NCBI GenBank assembly: GCA_041662245.1
Contig: JBAZSW010000002.1
Coordinates: forward strand, 89,017 to 153,016
DNA from: Parcubacteria group bacterium
GTDB taxonomy: Bacteria; Patescibacteriota; Minisyncoccia; Moranbacterales; UBA9337
Length of the DNA: 64,000 nt
Direction: 5' to 3'
Part shown: positions 57,655 through 64,000 of the stretch, in pieces
Numbering within the stretch: position 1 is the stretch's first letter
Layout: each line of letters begins with the position of its first letter
The notes under the pieces: generated by a model
What the model was told of the DNA's origin: nothing
What the model saw: the letters and a program-made list of their open reading frames with translations, nothing else
Databases searched by the model: none
Program-made: the position numbers and the translations under genes

Positions 57655-58830
57655 ATGACAAGAAAAATATCCAATCGTAAATATAACGTCGCCTTAACTG
57701 GTGGAGCAGCTTCAGCTGAGGCTCTTCGTCAAATTAATCCTTTAGTAATGCCCGTTTATCCGATTACTCCTCAGACCCCGATAATTGAATCTTTTGCAAA
57801 AATTTGCGCGGATGGAAAAGCAGATACTGAAATTATCACAGTGGAATCGGAGCATAGCGCTATTTCAGCTGCGATTGGTTCGCAAGCAGCTGGCGGACGA
57901 ACAGTAACCGCAACCAGTTCTCAAGGCTTAGCGTTGATGAACGAAATTCTTTATATTGCTAGCGGAATGAGGCTGCCAATTGTAATGTTGATTTCAGCTC
58001 GAGCATTGAGTGCTCCGATAAATATTCATGGAGATCATAGCGATGTAATGGGTGCGCGCGATACAGGCTGGATTCAATTATTTGCTGAAAATGTTCAAGA
58101 GGTTTATGACAATACGATTATTGGAACGAGATTGGCAGAAAAATCTGAACTTCCTATTATGGTGATAATGGATGGTTTTACGACTTCTCATAATGTAGAA
58201 AATTTGGAATTGTTATCAGATGAAACAGTCAAAGAATTTGTCGGAGAATATATAAATGAAAATTCGTTATTGAATGTAGGTAATCCAGTAACTTATGGTC
58301 CTGTAGCGCTTTCTAGTTCATATTTTGATTTTAAAATCGATCAAGAAAAAGCAATGGATAAAGTAGGGGGCAACTGTAAAAAAATAATGAAAGATTTTAA
58401 AAAAATATCTCAAAGAGAATATGATTTAGTTGAGGCCTATGAAATGGAAGATGCAGAGGATGTGGTAATCGTGATGGGGGCGACAGCTGGCACGGCTAAG
58501 GATGCAGTAGATATTTTACGAAAAGCAGGTAAAAAAGTAGGGCTTATAAAAATAAAATTGTTTAGACCTTTCCCTTATGTTGAAGTTGCTAAAGCTTTAA
58601 AAAATGTAAAAAATATAGCCGTTATGGATAGGGCGATTTCTTCTGGTTCAATGCCAGCACTTTACAGTGAAATAAATAATACACTCAGATTTGGAGATTT
58701 GGATAAAGCAAAAGTCAAAAGTTACGTTTACGGTTTAGGCGGAAGAGACATTTTTATTAAAGATATTGAGGGGATTTTCGAGGAATTATTAAATGAGAAA
58801 ATTGTTAAGGGAATTAAGTATATTAAATAG
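57655..58830 (+). CDS. porA: 2-oxoacid:ferredoxin oxidoreductase alpha subunit
   Basis: YPITPQT, VESEHSA, TATSSQGL, RALSAPINIHGDHSD, KLFRPFP, YGLGGRD. Confidence 0.93.
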   Translation: MTRKISNRKYNVALTGGAASAEALRQINPLVMPVYPITPQTPIIESFAKICADGKADTEIITVESEHSAISAAIGSQAAGGRTVTATSSQGLALMNEILYIASGMRLPIVMLISARALSAPINIHGDHSDVMGARDTGWIQLFAENVQEVYDNTIIGTRLAEKSELPIMVIMDGFTTSHNVENLELLSDETVKEFVGEYINENSLLNVGNPVTYGPVALSSSYFDFKIDQEKAMDKVGGNCKKIMKDFKKISQREYDLVEAYEMEDAEDVVIVMGATAGTAKDAVDILRKAGKKVGLIKIKLFRPFPYVEVAKALKNVKNIAVMDRAISSGSMPALYSEINNTLRFGDLDKAKVKSYVYGLGGRDIFIKDIEGIFEELLNEKIVKGIKYIK

Positions 58831-59026
58831 AAATATCATATTTTAATACTCAATAAACAATGTTCATTAAATAATCAATAAATTAATATTCAATTGAATG
58901 TTGGATATTAAATATTGAATGAATATTGAATATTGTTTATTGAGTATTAAGTAAAAGACTTTGTTAATGAATGCAGTAAAATAAAACTCAGAAAATTAAA
59001 ATATGAAATAGTTAATAATAAATATT

Positions 59027-59323
59027 ATGGAAATAAAAGAATTATTAGAAAAATCAAAAAGCATTTGGGGTGAAGATAAATTAAATTTATCTCAAATAAT
59101 TGTGAGAACGGGTAAGGTTTTTGGCGACATCTGTCGTTGGGAAAGAAATTCCCAAAAAGATAAAGAAACTCACAATGACTATGAGTTAAAAAAAGAATTA
59201 GGTAACATGATTTTTTGTAATATTCGATGGTGTGATGATTTAGGTTATGATCCACAGGAATGCATCGAGCTAGCAATTAAAGCTCAAGAAAAATTTGTCC
59301 AAGAAAACAATAAAAATAGTTAA
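59027..59323 (+). CDS. Small all-alpha protein, possibly MazG-like NTP pyrophosphohydrolase fold
   Basis: ELKKELGNMIF...DLGYD..ECI pattern; family call is weak. Confidence 0.55.
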   Translation: MEIKELLEKSKSIWGEDKLNLSQIIVRTGKVFGDICRWERNSQKDKETHNDYELKKELGNMIFCNIRWCDDLGYDPQECIELAIKAQEKFVQENNKNS

Positions 59324-59445
59324 AAATTCAAAGTGCAAAATTCAAAGTTGCAATTAAAAATTAAAAGTTTTTATTTTTAGAATAAATTTTGAACTTTGGA
59401 CTGTAATTTTTAACTTTGCATTTTTAACTTTTAACTTGAATTATT

Positions 59446-60348
59446 ATGAATAATGATTTAATCAAAAACTATGCTTCGGGAGGCGACACTTGTGCCGGTT
59501 GTGGAATTCCTGTGATTGTGAGGAATATTTTAGATGTTGCCACTGATCCGATAGTGATTATCAATGCCACGGGATGTCTGGAGGTCACTTCCACTATTTA
59601 TCCTTATACTGCATGGAAAGTCCCTTATATTCATAACGCTTTTGAAAATGCGGCGGCGACTGCTGCTGGAATAGAAACTGCTTATCAGGCGATGAAAAAA
59701 AGAGGACTGATGGATAAAAAAATAAAGTTTGTTGTTTTCGGCGGAGATGGAGGAACTTTTGATATTGGGTTGCAATCACTTTCGGGGATGCTTGAGCGAG
59801 GACATGATGTGCTTTATGTGGCTTATGATAATGAAGGCTATATGAATACAGGAGGGCAACGTTCAGGAGCTACTCCAATTGGAGCTAGTATGGAAACTAC
59901 TCCTTCGGGAAAAAAATCTTATGGCAATAAAAATTCTCGTAAAAATATGATGCAAATTGTGGCAGGGCACGAAGTGGGTTATCTGGCTCAAGCTAATGTG
60001 GCTTATGTAGAGGATTTGCGAAAAAAAGCTAAGAAAGCTTTGGAAACAGAAGGAGCATCTTTTCTTTTGGTTTTTCAGCCTTGTACCAATGTTTGGAAAT
60101 TTCCCACTTCTGATTATGTGAAAGTGGCGAAATTAGCCACGGAAACTAATTATTGGCCACTTTATGAAATTGAAAATGGGGAACATAAATTAAATTTAAA
60201 AAATGACAATCCTAAAAAAATAGAAGAATATCTAAAAACTCAAAAAAGATTTAAACATCTATTTGCACCAGGGAATGAAGAAGTTTTAAAGAGCATTCAG
60301 GAAAAGGTAAATGGAGAGTGGGAAAGATTGTTAAAAAAAGTTATTTAA
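59446..60348 (+). CDS. porB: 2-oxoacid:ferredoxin oxidoreductase beta subunit (TPP-binding)
   Basis: CAGCG, ATGCLEV, HNAFENAAA, GGDGGTFDIG.QSLSG, YDNEGYMNTG.QRS.ATP. Confidence 0.93.
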   Translation: MNNDLIKNYASGGDTCAGCGIPVIVRNILDVATDPIVIINATGCLEVTSTIYPYTAWKVPYIHNAFENAAATAAGIETAYQAMKKRGLMDKKIKFVVFGGDGGTFDIGLQSLSGMLERGHDVLYVAYDNEGYMNTGGQRSGATPIGASMETTPSGKKSYGNKNSRKNMMQIVAGHEVGYLAQANVAYVEDLRKKAKKALETEGASFLLVFQPCTNVWKFPTSDYVKVAKLATETNYWPLYEIENGEHKLNLKNDNPKKIEEYLKTQKRFKHLFAPGNEEVLKSIQEKVNGEWERLLKKVI

Positions 60349-60424
60349 TATCTAATATCCAATAATCAATATTCATTCAATATTTAATAATCCAATATTC
60401 ATTATTTAATTAAATTTTATTTTT

Positions 60425-60778
60425 ATGAATAATTTTGATCTTGAAGAAAGAACTGCAAAATTTGCAGAAGAAATCATAGAATTGTGTAAAGAGCTAGAAA
60501 TAAATTCATTAAATAGAAGAATAATTGATCAATTAATAGGTTCAAGCGGTTCAATTGGAGCTAACTATTGTGAAGCTTGCGAATCTGAAAGCAAAAAAGA
60601 TTTTAGACACAAAATGGGTATTGCAAAAAAAGAAATAAAAGAAACAAAGCATTGGCTGAGATTATTAGTAAAAGTTCATAATGACAAAAAAGATAAATGC
60701 AGAGTTTTATGGAAGGAAGCTCATGAATTATTGTTGATTTTTTCTAAATCTATAAAGACTAGCAAAAATGGAAAATAG
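60425..60778 (+). CDS. Four-helix-bundle protein (23S rRNA IVP/bAvd-like family)
   Basis: FDLEERT.KFA, QL..S.GSIGANYCEA...ESKKDF.HK..I.KKE.KET.HWLRL, EA.EL..IF. Confidence 0.9.
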   Translation: MNNFDLEERTAKFAEEIIELCKELEINSLNRRIIDQLIGSSGSIGANYCEACESESKKDFRHKMGIAKKEIKETKHWLRLLVKVHNDKKDKCRVLWKEAHELLLIFSKSIKTSKNGK

Positions 60779-60854
60779 TGGTTGGTATCTAATTGAATAT
60801 TAATTTATTGGTTATTGAATGTATATTGTTTATTGGATATTGAACATTAAAAAC

Positions 60855-60923
60855 GAGCCACCTGCTCGCCTCGCTGAAGCTACTGCGAAGCGGGTCGGAA
60901 ACGAACCGACGACCTACACGTTA
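60855..60923 (-). pseudogene. 3' half of disrupted tRNA 'A' with a 30-bp hairpin insertion (60865-60894)
   Basis: Minus strand TAACGTGT AGGTC GTCGG TTCGTTT CCGA[insert]C AGGTGGC TC. The acceptor strand AGGTGGC pairs perfectly with GCCACCT at 61118-61124. Confidence 0.7.
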
Positions 60924-60940
60924 CCTGCCCGAAATGCTTT

Positions 60941-60992
60941 GAGCCGTCTATCGGGATTGAACCGATGACCTACGCGTTACGAGTGCGTCGCT
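60941..60992 (-). pseudogene. 3' two-thirds of disrupted tRNA-Thr(CGT) 'B'
   Basis: Minus strand AGCG ACGCA CTCGTAA CGCGT AGGTC ATCGG TTCAATC CCGAT AGACGGC TC; its own 5' acceptor strand is missing. Confidence 0.75.
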
Positions 60993-61009
60993 CCGCCTGC
61001 CTACGCCTG

Positions 61010-61082
61010 AGCCTACAATCGGACTTGAACCGATAACCTACGGTTTACGATACCGTTGCTCTACCAATTGAGCTATGTAGGC
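61010..61082 (-). tRNA. tRNA-Thr(CGT), intact copy 'C'
   Basis: GCCTACA TA GCTC AATTGGTA GAGC A ACGGT ATCGTAA ACCGT AGGTT ATCGG TTCAAGT CCGAT TGTAGGC T. Full cloverleaf, anticodon CGT, atypical A32, no encoded CCA. Confidence 0.9.
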
Positions 61083-61101
61083 TTAGGCGATGGCGGGCAG
61101 G

Positions 61102-61124
61102 TCTACCAACTGAGCTAAGGTGGC
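61102..61124 (-). pseudogene. 5' acceptor strand and D-arm fragment of disrupted tRNA 'A'
   Basis: Minus strand GCCACCT TA GCTC AGTTGGTA GA, then interrupted by CCTGCCCGCC. Confidence 0.75.
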
Positions 61125-61177
61125 ACTAATACAAATATCATTGTAATACAATTAGCAATAAATTTCAAATAAACTCT

Positions 61178-61204
61178 TTGACATTTATTTTTTTGTGGTA
61201 TAAT
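61178..61204 (+). promoter_or_regulatory. Putative promoter for 61240 and downstream genes
   Basis: TTGACA 61178-61183 and extended -10 TGgTATAAT 61196-61204; the 15-nt spacer is short. Confidence 0.5.
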
Positions 61205-61239
61205 AAAATTGATAAATTAAAACTTTAAAAAATAAAAAA

Positions 61240-61659
61240 ATGGAAAAAAAATATGTTGTTATAATTGCTGTTATTTTAGTGGCAACTTTGGGTGTGATTA
61301 TTTTTGTTACTCAATCTCGTTTTGGGAAAAAAGATATTGTTACTAGTGAGCTTAATGCAAACAAAATAGTTAAAGAAGCTAAACTTATTCTTCCGGAAAA
61401 AGAGGAATGTAGTTATGCAAATGGAGCAGAGGCTGTTAGCCTTGCGTTGGAAAGAGGCGATATTACTATTTGTGATTGTATAAAAAATGATGATAAGATT
61501 AAGGAATCTTGTAACAATGTTGTAAATGAAGCGGATATCTATAAGAGAGCTACTCGAGAAAAAAATATTGATATTTGTCAAGAGATAGAAAGCGAAGATG
61601 GACAAAAAAATTGCAAAGAAAATGTTTTGGCCAAGATAGAATATTTGAATAATAAATAA
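61240..61659 (+). CDS. Membrane-anchored protein with Cys-containing repeats
   Basis: N-terminal TM helix; two A.....I.IC..I......C...V repeats. Confidence 0.75.
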   Translation: MEKKYVVIIAVILVATLGVIIFVTQSRFGKKDIVTSELNANKIVKEAKLILPEKEECSYANGAEAVSLALERGDITICDCIKNDDKIKESCNNVVNEADIYKRATREKNIDICQEIESEDGQKNCKENVLAKIEYLNNK

Positions 61660-61682
61660 AAATAAATATTAAAAACAAAAAA

Positions 61683-62882
61683 ATGAATAAGAAGTACTTA
61701 GTTATAATCGGTGTCATTTTTCTGATAACAATTGGTGTTTTTATTTTTAATTTAGAAAAAAGAAAAAATGTTTCGCCAATAGATAAAATTGATGGAGTCG
61801 CTGTAGCAGAAAATAGCGCAACTTTAATTTCTCAAAAAAATAATAATTTTAAGATAAGGCTTAACTTTAAAGGCGAGGAAAATGTGGCTAAATCTATCAC
61901 GAGATATTATGTTTCTTTATACCCAGCCGATGATAACGGAGATGCTCTTGGACTTTCTCCTGTTGACGTGGCTAAATATGATGATGAGATATTTTTGGGA
62001 AATGGAAATAATAGTGCAAAAAGAGAAATTCTTTATATCGCTCCCAGTTTTTTAAAGGGAAAGTATGCTATAACCGTTAATTATGTTAATGAAGTGGGAA
62101 TAAGCAAAAAAAATATAAAATTAGGAGGTTATGATTTAAATGGTAGTAACAGGAATTTTGTGGAAGTTTTTTCAGGAACATGCAAATTTAATATAGTTGG
62201 AGAGACTGACAATAAGAAATATACCCTTTCTCAGGGTGTGGATGTCAAAAATAGTGAAGATCTAAGGGTTACCTGTTCAGTGATGAGTCACTTTGCTGAA
62301 GATGTTTCAGTTATGCCTAGTTTTGCTAATCTCAGAAGAAAGAATCTTTATCCACGAGAGGAAGTAGCACAAGAAGATAAAAACTTAGAATTTATTACTC
62401 TTAAGCCCAATGAATTGAAGGATGTGTCTTTCTCTGTCCCCAAAGCTTTAGCTCCTCAAGCTTATGATGCTGTTTTATTTTTTTTAGATGAACAAAGACA
62501 TATTATTTCCACTAAAGCATTTTTGCATTATGTTTTGGCGGGAGAAAGTGCCAATATTGAAAGATTGACTTTGGATAAAAATGATTATAAGTTAGGAGAT
62601 CATGCCAATGTAAATTTGTCTTATTTTGGTTCAGCAGATGGCTTTGCCGACTCTAGGTTAGGTGGAACAAAAAACACAAAGTTAATTTTTGAATTAGACT
62701 TGCGAGATAATAATGATGTAAGTTGTCTTTCCATGACGAAGTTTTTCGAAGTTAATCCTTCAGATAGTAATGTGAGTAATTTTGTTTTGGATGTAGAAAA
62801 GGAATGCAAAAATCCTTTTGTAAGAGCTGTTATTAGGGGAGAAAATGGAAATATATTAGAGGAAGAAACATTTTTACGTTAA
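61683..62882 (+). CDS. Membrane-anchored beta-rich hypothetical protein
   Basis: N-terminal TM helix, 399-aa ORF; no family recognised. Confidence 0.75.
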   Translation: MNKKYLVIIGVIFLITIGVFIFNLEKRKNVSPIDKIDGVAVAENSATLISQKNNNFKIRLNFKGEENVAKSITRYYVSLYPADDNGDALGLSPVDVAKYDDEIFLGNGNNSAKREILYIAPSFLKGKYAITVNYVNEVGISKKNIKLGGYDLNGSNRNFVEVFSGTCKFNIVGETDNKKYTLSQGVDVKNSEDLRVTCSVMSHFAEDVSVMPSFANLRRKNLYPREEVAQEDKNLEFITLKPNELKDVSFSVPKALAPQAYDAVLFFLDEQRHIISTKAFLHYVLAGESANIERLTLDKNDYKLGDHANVNLSYFGSADGFADSRLGGTKNTKLIFELDLRDNNDVSCLSMTKFFEVNPSDSNVSNFVLDVEKECKNPFVRAVIRGENGNILEEETFLR

Positions 62883-62913
62883 AAAATATTTATTTATACT
62901 TAAAAATAAAATT

Positions 62914-64000
62914 ATGAGTATCAGTTTGCAATTATTCAAAAAAAGAAATGTAACTAAAAAAACAGAGGTTTTGATTTCAGTTTCATTTTTTCTGTTATTA
63001 TCTGGTGGATTTTTCTTGGGATGGAATGTTCCTGAAATTAAAGCTGGATGTAGTGGTCAATGTGTTGGAGATTTTGGTAAGATTGGTAATAATGTTGATA
63101 GTGGTAATAGTACAGCTACTAAGGAGTGTTGTGTGTGTAGTACATCTTCTTGTAAAAACGAACATTGCACATGTAAAGCTACTTCTTGCGCCGCTTCTAC
63201 TTGCCAAGGTAGTACTTGTCAGTATACCAAGAGCGATTGTAGCACAGGCACTGAATCTGGAACACAATGCTGTCCTACTTGCAATTATATAAGTTCTTAC
63301 AGCTCTTGGGATGCCTGTCATTATGACACAGGTTTAAAAACTTATGTTCAACGAGGGACTCATCCAAATTTTAGTCATGATTGTGGTAGTGGCTGTCCCG
63401 CAGATGCTCAAAGTGTTAGACTTTGTGGAGTATGCAATGGTGCTGTTCCTGCTTCCAGTGTTGCTCCTTTTGCTTTAACTCCTTGTCTGGGAGGTGGTGT
63501 GGCTGCTATGAACTTAGTAAGTCCCAACTGGAAATGGAATTGTTTGGGCGGCGGCGGGGGTAGTGCTGCTATAGGTTGTAGCTCTTCTTACATCCCTGTT
63601 CCAACTGTTAGTTTAACTGTTAATCCTGCATCAGTTAATTTAAATGGTGGGACGTCAACGATATCCCCCAAAAATGTTAATTTAACTTGGAGTATAACGA
63701 ATTCCGCTACTGCTTGCCCAAATGGATGCACTTGCTCTGCGTCCAATGCTTGGGCTGGAGTTAAGACTTCTTCAGGTACAGAAACAGTTACGATTTCCTC
63801 CGGAGCTGATCCTACTTATACTTTGACTTGCAGTAATACATTTAGTGGAGTAAGTGCCCCTGTTTCAAGAACAGTCGTTTCTTCTTGTACCCCGTTAACT
63901 TATTATGATACTTGTAATGTTACTTGTGACAGTGGCACGCAAGCTTGTCATCATATTAATTCTAATTGTGTAGTTTCTGCTTGTGCAGATAAAACCTGCA
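62914..64000 (+). CDS. Cys/Ser/Thr-rich secreted protein, 3'-truncated by the window edge (not in ORF track)
   Basis: Manual translation MSISLQLFKKRNVTKKTEVLISVFIFLLLSGGFFLGWNVPEIKAGCSGQC...KECCVCSTSSCKNEHCTCKATSCAASTCQGSTC..., later WKWNCLGGGGG and YTLTCSN; no stop seen to the window end. Confidence 0.8.
   Translation, partial: MSISLQLFKKRNVTKKTEVLISVSFFLLLSGGFFLGWNVPEIKAGCSGQCVGDFGKIGNNVDSGNSTATKECCVCSTSSCKNEHCTCKATSCAASTCQGSTCQYTKSDCSTGTESGTQCCPTCNYISSYSSWDACHYDTGLKTYVQRGTHPNFSHDCGSGCPADAQSVRLCGVCNGAVPASSVAPFALTPCLGGGVAAMNLVSPNWKWNCLGGGGGSAAIGCSSSYIPVPTVSLTVNPASVNLNGGTSTISPKNVNLTWSITNSATACPNGCTCSASNAWAGVKTSSGTETVTISSGADPTYTLTCSNTFSGVSAPVSRTVVSSCTPLTYYDTCNVTCDSGTQACHHINSNCVVSACADKTC

Noticed and set aside
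60855-61124. Group I/II intron or archaeal-type spliced tRNA
   Set aside because: The inserts are too short and lack ribozyme cores, and rejoining the A 5' part to the B 3' part leaves two acceptor-stem mismatches.
62998-63321. ORF-track ORFs 62998-63321 (-) and 63005-63292 (+)
   Set aside because: They overlap the longer Cys-rich frame starting at 62914.

Overview
AT-rich bacterial window with almost every gene on the + strand. Gene content and style suggest a CPR/Parcubacteria genome (inference, not verified). 1-41.4 kb is an accessory surface-protein island: a partial FG-GAP repeat protein and three giant secreted proteins (2510, 3186, 4133 aa) built from 21 copies of a ~410-aa module with near-constant scaffold segments and a different beta-helix-like core in each copy. 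These are interleaved with four divergent AAA_14/DUF4143-type ATPases and a Bro-N protein, all separated by a conserved AT-rich hairpin repeat. 41.6-51 kb is housekeeping: infA-rpmJ-rpsK-rpsM-rpsD-rpoA-rplQ-rplM-rpsI (rpsK and rpsM swapped relative to the canonical order), lysS, obgE, serS. 51-64 kb holds a REP-associated HUH transposase (RAYT) with GTAG REPs, a GH1 glycosidase, a MacB-like ABC transporter, a four-subunit 2-oxoacid:ferredoxin oxidoreductase operon interrupted by four-helix-bundle genes inside long inverted repeats, a nested tRNA-Thr locus, and secreted proteins. The most unusual signal is a layered set of small palindromic insertion elements that insert without target duplication into each other, into a coding sequence and into tRNA genes. 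One of them appears to carry an intact tRNA-Thr(CGT) into the tRNA-Thr it disrupted.
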